Notes under the pieces: generated by a model
Databases searched by the model: none
The model's input: only the letters and a program-made list of their open reading frames with translations
What the model was told of the DNA's origin: nothing
Source of the DNA: Candidatus Jordarchaeia archaeon
Lineage (GTDB): Archaea; Asgardarchaeota; Jordiarchaeia; Jordiarchaeales; Jordiarchaeaceae
Assembly (NCBI GenBank): GCA_029856435.1
Contig: JAHQXB010000160.1
Span: 1 to 27,640 of the forward strand
Direction of reading: 5' to 3'
Length of the DNA: 27,640 nt
Shown: positions 1 through 8,628 of the stretch, in pieces
Layout of the letters: each line of letters starts with the position of its first letter
How positions within the stretch are numbered: the stretch's first letter is position 1
Made by a program: the position numbers and the translations under genes

Positions 1-10
1 CTTGCCTTAG

Positions 11-470
11 CCTGCCTCTGCATCCCTTCCCACCTCCATTTTTCTACACAAAGGTGTTAAAAGATGGGGAGATGGTTTCTCTCAAAGCCAGCCACAAAAA
101 CAGATCCCTACAAACAGGAGTGCGGCCTAAACATATGGCCTTTTCTGGCTTGGTTTTTGGGAAATACCGTTTAAAGGGAGTAATCAGAATTTGGAAAAAA
201 GGGCATTCGCCAAAAATGTGTAAAAAGGGATTAAATAAAAGAAAAGGAAGGGTTTTTCCATATGTTCAAATATGGCTCCTGATAACCGGTTTTGCGATTC
301 CTGCCCTGTCCTCGCCTCATTGGCCCTCCCCGCCCCTAATTTTTTATGCAGAGTTATGTTAAAAATTGGGGGATTTTTCCCGAAAGCCCAGCCACAAAGA
401 GGGAACCACTACAAATAGGAGTACCACCTAAACATATGGGATGTTTACTGGTAAAGACCGATTAAAAACA
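11..470. repeat. Degenerate tandem direct repeat, ~300 bp period, non-coding
   Basis: CAGCCACAAA at 89 and 389; CTACAAA(C/T)AGGAGT at 108 and 409; CCTAAACATATGG at 126 and 427; weaker similarity continues on both sides. Confidence 0.8.
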
Positions 471-514
471 TACACGCCTTTTTACTTCTTCTAGGGGGAA
501 GGGTGATGTACTTT

Positions 515-868
515 CTAAACCGCAGATGAGGGTCTTACTAATAATAATGGTTCGGAGTATAGTTTGAAGCCAAATTTCTCGTACCAAGGAATAAGCGATT
601 CAAAAGTTTTTACATATATATCTCTTTCTAAATGATCACTGATTATCTTCTGAAGCAGTAAACTTCCAATACCTTCTCCTCTGTGAAGGCGGTCAACATT
701 TATGATTTTTATCTCCGCGCTATTTCCTTTTTGGTAAACAACTCCGTACCCAATAACCCCGATTCCATAGATGTCATATACAAGGTATTCATATTTTTGA
801 TATTCGCCGGCCTGTTCAATCTCGCACTTTACTTCTAGCGACGCTGCACTCACTGATAATTCCTCCAA
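515..868 (-). CDS. GNAT-family N-acetyltransferase (start uncertain)
   Basis: Motif A-like INVDRLHRGEGIGSLLL and motif B-like WYEKFGF. Confidence 0.8.
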   Translation of the reverse strand: MEELSVSAASLEVKCEIEQAGEYQKYEYLVYDIYGIGVIGYGVVYQKGNSAEIKIINVDRLHRGEGIGSLLLQKIISDHLERDIYVKTFESLIPWYEKFGFKLYSEPLLLVRPSSAV

Positions 869-1350
869 GTCGAATTGGATAAGTTGAAGAGTAAGGCGCG
901 GTATAAAAAGTTTCTCAACATTTTCTTAACACAATTTAAAAGAAGTGCTTTTATATTGTAGAAGCTCTTCTAACTCTTCAACTGAGACTTGTGAACTAGC
1001 GCATAAAACCCAAATTCTACATGCAACTCATAAACAAAAACCCAAACCCCCAATTAAACACTGAAAAGACATATCTGTTTCTTTATGCTTAGGAAAATCA
1101 GGAATATTAGGTAAATGCCTTCCATGTTGACAATTTCATTAGCAAAAAATATAAATGAGTAAAACATAAATTTGCAAGCTATTACTATCTTAAGTGTTAT
1201 GAAATTAAAATATGAGGCATTTTTCTAGGCGTTGTTTACCATAATTGAGTTTCTAAAAATATTTAGAAGCAATATAGAATTCCTCAAAAATCTTGGAATA
1301 ACTCACTACGCTTAGAATGCCAAGATGCCCAACGCTATGAGGTGTTAGTA

Positions 1351-3552
1351 ATGCCAAGATTCAAACAAACCGAGGAAATATTGAAGCTAATGAGAGACAA
1401 GGAACATATAAGAAATACGGGAATAATTGCACACATCGACCACGGTAAAACAACTCTTTCAGACTCACTATTGGCAGAAGCAGGATTGCTATCTCCCAGC
1501 ATCGCAGGAGAAGCAAGGGCACTAGACTACTTGGAAGAAGAACAGAAAAGAGGCATAACAATAAAGGCTGCAAACATTTCCCTCCTACACGATATCGAGG
1601 GAAGATCATACGTTATTAATCTTATTGACACACCAGGCCATGTTGATTTTACTGGCAATGTTACGCGGGCGCTTCGTGCTATTGATGGTGCGCTTGTAGT
1701 GGTTGATGCTGTTGAGGAGGTAATGGTTCAGACAGAGACGGTAACTAGGCAGGCGTTAGGGGAAAGGGTTAAACCTGTGCTTTTCATTAATAAAATTGAT
1801 CGTTTGATTCGAGAGCTTAAGTTGGATGCTCCTCAGGTGCAGGAGAAGCTTAATAGGATTATAAGGGATTTTAATGGGCTCATTGATACTTATGGGGAAA
1901 AGGAGTTTAAGGATAAGTGGAAGGTGAATCCTGCAGCGGGTTCCGTTGCTTTTGGTTCTGCGCTTCACGGTTGGGGTTTTACCATTCCTCAGATGCAGGA
2001 GAAGGGATTAAAGTTTAGTGATATTGTTGCGTATTATAGTAATGAGCATTTTGAAGATTTGAAGGAGATACTTCCTGTACACTCGGCAATTTTGGATATG
2101 TTTGTAAACCACTTGCCCAACCCCTTAGAGGCTCAACCCTATCGAATTCCAAAGATTTGGCTTGGCGACCCAGAGAGCGAAATTGGAAAAGCCATGAAGA
2201 ACTGCGACGAAAATGCGCCGACTGTGATATGTCTCAATAAAGTTGTGGTGGATCCACACGCGGGAATTGTTTCAACTGGAAGAGTTTTTTCTGGAACTAT
2301 AAGTGAAGGGGACAACGTCTATCTTCTTATGGGTAAGAAGGGTTACCGTGTGCAACAGACGAGTATTTATATGGGTGCTCGACGAGAAATTGTGGACACC
2401 ATCCCGGCGGGCAACATAGCGGCTTTATTGGGTTTAGACATTGCTAGGGCTGGTGAAACAGTGGTTAGTGAAAGCATAAAAGATCAGATGGTTCCTTTTG
2501 AAAAGATTAAGTATGTTTCAGAGCCGGTGATCACGATAGCCGTTGAGCCGAAACATCCTAAGGACTTACCAAAACTCATTGACCTGATGCAAAAATTGTC
2601 AATTCAAGATCCCAACCTTGTGACTACTATTAATCAGGAAACTGGCGAGTACCTGTTGTCGGGGATGGGTGAACTTCATCTTGAAATCTCAGTAAAGGAA
2701 ATACAGTCAGCGGTAGATGTAGTGACCTCTCAGCCTATAGTTGTTTATCGTGAAACAGTCACCAGTCCTGCTGGTCCAATACTGGGCAAAAGCCCTAACA
2801 AGCACAGTAGAGTTTGGATAACTGTAGAACCGCTTAACCAAGAGACCATTGATCTTATAGTTAATGGGGAAATATCTGAATATCAGGACGCAGCTACTAG
2901 GACCAAAATTCTGAGGGAAAAGGCTGGTTGGGATGCTAAAGACGCGAGAAACGTATGGGCTCTAGATGAACATGTAAACATAATTGTGGACCAAACTAAA
3001 GGGGTTCAATATTTGAGAGAAGTTAAAGACACCATGATAGCGGGAGCCAAGTGGGCTACTGAGGCAGGCCCGTTAGCCGAGGAACCAATAAGAGGTATAA
3101 GAATTAACATAACGGATTGCCAGCTCCACGAAGACCCCATCCACAGAGGCCCAGCCCAAATAATGCCCATGACTAGAAGGGCCATATGGGGTGCGTTTCT
3201 AAGCGACGAACCCACATTATTGGAACCCATTTACAAAATCCAAATCACTATCCCCCAAGATTACATAGGCACGGTTTCAGGCATATTATCACAGAGACGA
3301 GGCCGCGTAATTGATGTGCAGCAGAAGGGTCCACTAACCTTCATAACGGGAGAAATACCAGTTAGGGAAACATTTGGACTGGCTAACGACATGCGTTCGA
3401 AAACCTCCGGGAGAGCCTTCTGGCAAACACAATTCACAAGATGGGAAGCATTACCGAAAAGCTTAGCTAAAGAGGTAATAGCAGAAATTCGCAAGAGAAA
3501 AGGACTTAAACCAGAACCACCAGAAGCTTCAGAATACATAGACACACTCTAA
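1351..3552 (+). CDS. fusA: Archaeal translation elongation factor 2 (aEF-2)
   Basis: AHIDHGKTT, RGITI, DTPGHVDF and NKID GTPase motifs; diphthamide loop HEDPIHRGPAQ intact; ATG at 1351 follows SD GAGGTG. Confidence 0.98.
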   Translation: MPRFKQTEEILKLMRDKEHIRNTGIIAHIDHGKTTLSDSLLAEAGLLSPSIAGEARALDYLEEEQKRGITIKAANISLLHDIEGRSYVINLIDTPGHVDFTGNVTRALRAIDGALVVVDAVEEVMVQTETVTRQALGERVKPVLFINKIDRLIRELKLDAPQVQEKLNRIIRDFNGLIDTYGEKEFKDKWKVNPAAGSVAFGSALHGWGFTIPQMQEKGLKFSDIVAYYSNEHFEDLKEILPVHSAILDMFVNHLPNPLEAQPYRIPKIWLGDPESEIGKAMKNCDENAPTVICLNKVVVDPHAGIVSTGRVFSGTISEGDNVYLLMGKKGYRVQQTSIYMGARREIVDTIPAGNIAALLGLDIARAGETVVSESIKDQMVPFEKIKYVSEPVITIAVEPKHPKDLPKLIDLMQKLSIQDPNLVTTINQETGEYLLSGMGELHLEISVKEIQSAVDVVTSQPIVVYRETVTSPAGPILGKSPNKHSRVWITVEPLNQETIDLIVNGEISEYQDAATRTKILREKAGWDAKDARNVWALDEHVNIIVDQTKGVQYLREVKDTMIAGAKWATEAGPLAEEPIRGIRINITDCQLHEDPIHRGPAQIMPMTRRAIWGAFLSDEPTLLEPIYKIQITIPQDYIGTVSGILSQRRGRVIDVQQKGPLTFITGEIPVRETFGLANDMRSKTSGRAFWQTQFTRWEALPKSLAKEVIAEIRKRKGLKPEPPEASEYIDTL

Positions 3553-3829
3553 ACCACTATTTTCATAAAAGTAGTAAAAAGCTGAAACAATCAGAACGTT
3601 TTACTTCTTTATTAAACAAATAAAAGGACTTGGCCTATGTAGATCTGCTGGGTTATGTACTCTTCTTTAGGGAATGTGAATTGCTCCAGGTCAGTTAAGT
3701 TCTCGGCGCTCGCCATAAAGAGGGCAAAATAGTCCTCTTTTTAATTTTTGAAGCTATACAAGTCACTCAGTCGCAACTGCAGAATGGTACCAAAAAGAAT
3801 TTATGAAACCTAGTTCAAAACAACAATGA

Positions 3830-3959
3830 GCGGCTGTAGTCCAGAAATAGTGTGGGTAACTATTGGACATTCTGGTCTAGGACATTGGCCTCCCAAGCCA
3901 GTAACCCGGGTTCGAAAAAAAGAGGGAAGCCCCCCTTTTTGAAATTCCCGGCAGCCGCA
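3830..3959 (+). tRNA. tRNA-Gly(CCC) with two non-canonical introns (3845-3870 at 15/16; 3917-3945 at 59/60)
   Basis: Acceptor GCGGCTG/CAGCCGC-A, D stem GTCC/GGAC, anticodon arm TTGGC-CTCCCAA-GCCAG, T stem CCGGG/CCCGG. Removing both BHB-bounded inserts gives a 75-nt cloverleaf with D loop AGTCTGGTCTA and T loop TTCGAAT. AT-rich TATA-like TTTATGAA at ~3800. Confidence 0.95.
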
Positions 3960-4111
3960 GTCCAATCTCCTCTGACCATTTATATTTATGATTAATCTGG
4001 GCTGCAAGGAATTTTTTACGTTAGTTTTTTAGGGAGTTTTGGGAATAATATTATCATTTCATATTCGTATTGGGATATTGTTTGATGTGATTTTTGTGGT
4101 GGTGATGGTTT

Positions 4112-5053
4112 TTGATTATTGATAGTCATGTTCACTTGTTTTTTGAGGGGTCTGATCCTGAAGAATTTTTTATGGGTTGTGCTCGTACCGCGTCTGCCCT
4201 TTTTGGTAGGGAGACTGGTGAGTATTCTGATCCTGTGGAACTTTACAAGTATTTTTTGGGCATTTTGAGTGACAGGACGGGGGATAAATTGGTGGCGTCG
4301 ATGAATGAGGCGGGTGTTGATAAAGCTATACTTCTTCCTCTTGACTTCTGGCTCAAGTACCCAAAAGCATCTGGGGCTTGTTTAACTATGGAGGAGAAGA
4401 ATAGAATTTATGCTGAGGCTACTGAAAGATATCCCAACCGCCTACTCTCTCTTTTTGGGATTGATCCTCGCAGAAGGGATGCTTTAAGATTATTTGAAAA
4501 AGGTATTGAAGAGTGGGGAATGAAGGGATTAAAAATACATCCGACTGCAGGGTTTTATCCAGACGATCCTATTTGTTATCCTATTTATGAGCGAGCTCAA
4601 GAATATGGTGTGCCAGTATTGATTCATTCTGGGAATGAGCCGACTCCTATGGCAGTAAAGTATTCGCAGCCTAAATACATTGACACCGTTGCCGCTGACT
4701 TCCCAGAACTCAAAATAATCATTGCACATATGGGACATGGCTGGTGGAGGGAAGCGGTGGACATTGCCACTATGAAACCAAACATTCATTTGGATTTCTC
4801 GGGGTGGCAACCTCTCTACACTAGCAACCCCGATTATCTTTGGTACCCATTAAGAATGGCCATTGATCTAATTGGGCCTTGGAGAGTTCTGTTTGGAACT
4901 GACGGTTCTATGCTTAATGCACTAATGCCCCTCAAAGACTGGGTGAATGCGGTAAAGACTCACAAATCACTTACAGGGATAGAGTTCAGCCCAAAAGAAA
5001 TAGAAATAATAATGAGTAAGGCGGCAGCTAAACTTTATAGTATCCATCCCTAA
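4112..5053 (+). CDS. Amidohydrolase family 2 metal-dependent hydrolase
   Basis: IIDSHVH, GLKIHP, LIHSG, IIAHMG and VLFGTDG motifs; TTG start after GGTGGTGA. Confidence 0.92.
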   Translation: MIIDSHVHLFFEGSDPEEFFMGCARTASALFGRETGEYSDPVELYKYFLGILSDRTGDKLVASMNEAGVDKAILLPLDFWLKYPKASGACLTMEEKNRIYAEATERYPNRLLSLFGIDPRRRDALRLFEKGIEEWGMKGLKIHPTAGFYPDDPICYPIYERAQEYGVPVLIHSGNEPTPMAVKYSQPKYIDTVAADFPELKIIIAHMGHGWWREAVDIATMKPNIHLDFSGWQPLYTSNPDYLWYPLRMAIDLIGPWRVLFGTDGSMLNALMPLKDWVNAVKTHKSLTGIEFSPKEIEIIMSKAAAKLYSIHP

Positions 5054-5120
5054 CCAGCCATAGAAATATTGGTGATTAAGCGATACTATTTAATAAGCAA
5101 AAAGGGTATATGTAGTATGT

Positions 5121-5185
5121 GCAAACGATGATGAATCTGACCCCTCCGACTAAAAGATGACGACGATCTTGAGTGTTGAGTTTGC
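5121..5185 (+). ncRNA. Box C/D methylation-guide sRNA; D guide predicted for Cm34 of tRNA-Leu(CAA)
   Basis: Terminal stem GCAAAC/GTTTGC; C box ATGATGA 5128-5134; D' CCGA 5146-5149; C' ATGACGA 5157-5163; D TTGA 5176-5179; 11- and 12-nt guides. TATA-like TTTAATAA at 5089-5096 and T-rich tract downstream. Confidence 0.85.
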
Positions 5186-5309
5186 GTTTTTATTCTCTTA
5201 TTTCTCTATTCTCATTTTTTGGCCACTGTTTGTTAGGCAACCCTCAGATTTAAGTATTGACTTGCTTCTTTGTTTTAATTAGTTTCTTTGAGTTTGAACT
5301 GGTGGTTTT

Positions 5310-6320
5310 ATGAAACTGCCCATTGGCAAGGTTCCCAACAATTTGTTGGAGAAGATTGTTTTCCCCTACGGTGGTGTTAATTGTGGCAGGGTGATTTGTG
5401 GCCCTGCTGTGGGTCAAGACGCAGCAGTCATTGATTTTGGAGAAAAGTTATTAGTTGTGGGCGCGGATCCCATTACTGGCACTCAGAGCAGAATGGGGTG
5501 GTATGCGGTTCATGTAAATGCAAACGATGTGGCAGTGAGAGGTGCTGTACCACAATTCTTCACTTCGACTATTCTGCTGCCTAATGGAGCTGATACCAAT
5601 TTGTTGGAGAAGATTTGTAGGGATATAGACGAGGCGGCCCGCGAGGTAGGGGTTTGCGTTGTTGGTGGGCACACGGAAGTAGTACCTTACTTGGAGAATG
5701 CCCTGCTTTGTGGGGCCATGTTTGGCGAGACCACCAAGGAGAGGTTAGTGTTAACAAGTGGGGCGCAGGCTGATGACGTTATAATTATGACTAAACACGC
5801 AGGTTTGGAGGGGGCTGCAATTCTTGCTACAGATCGTTTTGAGGATTTGAGTAAATTTTTAAATAAAAAACTTCTGTTAGAAGCAAAGTCTTTCTTTTCT
5901 AGTCTGAGTGTTGTGAGAGAAGCTTTGGCTGTTAATGAAACGGGAGTCGTAACCTCAATGCATGATCCAACTGAAGGGGGTTTGCTGGGGGGTTTAGTTG
6001 AGATGGCTGAGGCTTCAAATGTAGGTTTTAGGGTTGAGGAGGAATTGATTCCGGTTGCAGAAGAGACGCGTGACATATGTTCCCTTTTGAGAATAGATCC
6101 TTTGCGTTTAATTTCCAGTGGAGTTTTATTGGTGACCGTCAGACCTGGGGGGGAGTCTGAGGCTTTGAAGGCTATTAGGTCTGTTGGAAGTATCCCTACC
6201 ATAATTGGACGAGTTACTCCAAGCAGGAGAATATTGGTGAAAAGGGGAGGAGAAAAGGTTAATGTAGGAATGCGGGTTAGGGAACAGTTATGGGATGCTC
6301 TTCGGGCTAAACCGAGTTGA
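5310..6320 (+). CDS. AIR synthase-related (PurM/HypE-like) protein
   Basis: GQDAAVI, DPITG, NANDVAVRGA, VGGHTE, MHDPTEGGL and DPLRLISSG motifs. Confidence 0.9.
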   Translation: MKLPIGKVPNNLLEKIVFPYGGVNCGRVICGPAVGQDAAVIDFGEKLLVVGADPITGTQSRMGWYAVHVNANDVAVRGAVPQFFTSTILLPNGADTNLLEKICRDIDEAAREVGVCVVGGHTEVVPYLENALLCGAMFGETTKERLVLTSGAQADDVIIMTKHAGLEGAAILATDRFEDLSKFLNKKLLLEAKSFFSSLSVVREALAVNETGVVTSMHDPTEGGLLGGLVEMAEASNVGFRVEEELIPVAEETRDICSLLRIDPLRLISSGVLLVTVRPGGESEALKAIRSVGSIPTIIGRVTPSRRILVKRGGEKVNVGMRVREQLWDALRAKPS

Positions 6321-6352
6321 TTGACAAACTTGTTAACGAGAATCTTTGATGC

Positions 6353-7723
6353 TCAAATTTTCGGGATTTGATAATAGGGAAATTCTAGGTTTCGATTGAT
6401 TTTGTGGTATATTTTGAGGGCTGGGGGACCCCACATCCAATTTTGGTTCTTTTCATCGAAAGCCTCTGTGATTGCTTCGGGAAAGTTTTCTATTTGAATT
6501 GTGTAGTTTGAGAATTGAGTGTCTGGGTTTTTTCTTTCTAGGATTTCTTTGATTCTTGTTTTTGAACCGGGCGGAAGTTGTGTTTGAATTACAGTTTGTT
6601 TTGTTTTGCTGCTATATTCAGTTAGTTCATAAATTGTTGTTTGAGGGAGTCTCAAGAAGGCAGATGGTATTTCCTGGATTTTTTCCTTTAATATAATGAG
6701 AAGGTTTTCGGTTAATCCCGCTCTATTTGTGAGTTGCAAAACTGGAGTGAAGTATTTATCATTGTATAAATTTTTTTTGCAAAGAGATACCTTCGATTCA
6801 CTGGTATTTAGGGCTTGGGCGATTTCTCTTTGTTCCCTTCTAAGATTTTGTGTCAAAAAGTGCAGAATTTTCAAGTCCATTCTTTTGATTCTTTGTTTTC
6901 TGTGGCGGTTTTCATGGTCTAAAATAACCTTGACAGTTTCATCTTTCTCTAGTTCTAGTTCCCATTGGGGCCAATTAATATTCCAACTTCTGCTGCCACG
7001 ATCAAAGTAAGTGAAATTAACACTATGGAGTAAGAATAATCTTTCAAATATTCGTGAGTTTTGCAAATGTTTGAAGATGAGTTTTGCAAATTCTTGGAGA
7101 TTTGATTTAGGTATTAACATCTCCCATAATCTATTGGTGCTACACCAACCGTTATTTACTTGAATTGATGTTAGGTATGGACTGGATATTTCTCTTTCAC
7201 TGTCTAGGGTGAGCACTATTATTGGTGCAAGTCCTAATTTGTCATAATTAGGGACTGCTACTATTTTGTAAACTTTGCTGCCCGCTAGGTTGTTATATCT
7301 TTTTTGAACCGTTCCCCAGCTCAGTTTAGTGGCTGAACATATGCCCTCTAGTGTTAGTAGTGGTTGCTGATAAATTGCTTCGAGTATTTTAACATCGCTA
7401 GAATTCAGTCTTATAGTGTAACTTTGAAGTAGACTTTTAACTATTTCAAGAATTTTGCCCGCTTTTCGTGGTTCGTCCAGTTTAAAAGTTTTCAGCGCTC
7501 CTTGAAGATGCTGCCAGAATTGCTTTTCCCTTATCCCATCCAGAGAGTCTAGTTGGCTTTGTAATTTTTTGTAATCTTCCAGTATTTGTTGATCATTTAC
7601 GGAAATGAACTCCACGAGTTTTTCTTTGAGGGTATTATTTGTATCTTTTTCTTTTCTCTCCCTTCTCGGCCTGTATTTTCTGTCCACTACCGATTTTATT
7701 TTTCCTTGAGCAATCATATTCAT
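6353..7723 (-). CDS. Tandem winged-HTH (Lrp/AsnC-like) putative transcriptional regulator with helical N-terminal extension
   Basis: Two HTH-like units (DVKILEAIYQQP...LSWGTVQKRYNNL; DLKILHFLTQNLRREQREIAQALNTSESKVSLCKKNL), each followed by a beta/alpha domain. Confidence 0.7.
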   Translation of the reverse strand: MNMIAQGKIKSVVDRKYRPRRERKEKDTNNTLKEKLVEFISVNDQQILEDYKKLQSQLDSLDGIREKQFWQHLQGALKTFKLDEPRKAGKILEIVKSLLQSYTIRLNSSDVKILEAIYQQPLLTLEGICSATKLSWGTVQKRYNNLAGSKVYKIVAVPNYDKLGLAPIIVLTLDSEREISSPYLTSIQVNNGWCSTNRLWEMLIPKSNLQEFAKLIFKHLQNSRIFERLFLLHSVNFTYFDRGSRSWNINWPQWELELEKDETVKVILDHENRHRKQRIKRMDLKILHFLTQNLRREQREIAQALNTSESKVSLCKKNLYNDKYFTPVLQLTNRAGLTENLLIILKEKIQEIPSAFLRLPQTTIYELTEYSSKTKQTVIQTQLPPGSKTRIKEILERKNPDTQFSNYTIQIENFPEAITEAFDEKNQNWMWGPPALKIYHKINRNLEFPYYQIPKI

Positions 7724-7797
7724 CTCTTAAAATTCTCGTAGTATGGTATTTATTCTCCACGAAAATGTTGTTGGGTAATTGGTTGGAAAAAAGGTTT

Positions 7798-8091
7798 TTA
7801 CGATTCTTGCCAAGCTGTTTTCTTTTTTAGAATAATTAACCTCAACTTCTTCTCGTCTATCTGAAAATCGTTTTTAATTACAGAAATTACTGAAAACGGG
7901 ATATAGATATTCCCCTTTTCGTCTTTAGTTAATTTTTGTAGGATTTCTTCGGACTTGTCTATCTTTGCAACAACCGCTTGTATCTTGCCACTTTTCTTAT
8001 CAATTATTAGATCTAATACTTGCCCAACCTTCTTTCCAAATTCGTTTAATATCTTTCTGTTGATGAGATTTTGTAGAAGCTCTTTTGACAA
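7798..8091 (-). CDS. PRC-barrel domain protein
   Basis: LINRKILNEFGKKVGQVLDLIID..SGKI and IYIPFSVISVI match the PRC-barrel pattern; TTG start with GGGGT SD. Confidence 0.85.
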   Translation of the reverse strand: MSKELLQNLINRKILNEFGKKVGQVLDLIIDKKSGKIQAVVAKIDKSEEILQKLTKDEKGNIYIPFSVISVIKNDFQIDEKKLRLIILKKKTAWQES

Positions 8092-8394
8092 CGTAGAACC
8101 CCATTTTGTTTATGGTTAAAAAAATAGTGACTTAACCTTTTAATAAAATTTTGTGAAACATAAAAACTCTGCATTTTCGGGGCTTAGTCATCTTTGTAGC
8201 TGGTTTCTTGAGAAGCTCCTCTCCCATAAAAGCCACAAAACGGACGCACCTGAGCAAGAGGGAGTATAAGCGCTTTTAGAAGGCTGCAAACTGACGAACA
8301 AAAAGCTTCTATACACAAGAGCACCAAAAATCTTTTACGACCATTTCGTGAGATTTAAAGCATTGACTCGTGAAAAATTAATCGTATTTTTACC

Positions 8395-8416
8395 ATGAAA
8401 AACTTTAGGTTTTCAT
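8395..8416. promoter_or_regulatory. Palindromic operator-like site (copy 1)
   Basis: ATGAAAAAC-TTTAG-GTTTTCAT in the divergent PRC-barrel/archaemetzincin intergenic region; near-identical to 14337-14359. Confidence 0.55.
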
Positions 8417-8628
8417 CTTTTGTCTAAAGCGCTTTTGTGTATGAGTGTTTAGCGTATATCCTTTTTTTACAATTATTTTTAAGGTTCCATCATTTCAGAA
8501 CTAAGGACGGCTCTTAACCACTCGAATGACCAAAAAAGGTAAATCAACGCAATTTAAATTAACAAGTAGAATAACTATCATAATACTTTTATTTATTTTG
8601 TTTAATTAGTTTCGTTGAGGATAAAAAC

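Noticed and set aside
54-362. 102-aa ORF
   Set aside because: Lies within the degenerate non-coding repeat and has no recognisable motif.
3612-3740. 34-codon minus-strand ORF (3612-3716) next to a 9-bp hairpin (3717-3740) resembling the tRNA-Gly T-loop intron
   Set aside because: Only an 8-mer (AAAGAGGG) is shared and the ORF has no support; likely chance or a terminator.
3810-4007. 65-aa minus-strand ORF
   Set aside because: Antisense to tRNA-Gly.
8089-8104. Possible frameshift joining an upstream ATG (MGFY) to the PRC-barrel frame
   Set aside because: The TTG start has a suitable GGGGT SD and already gives a complete domain.
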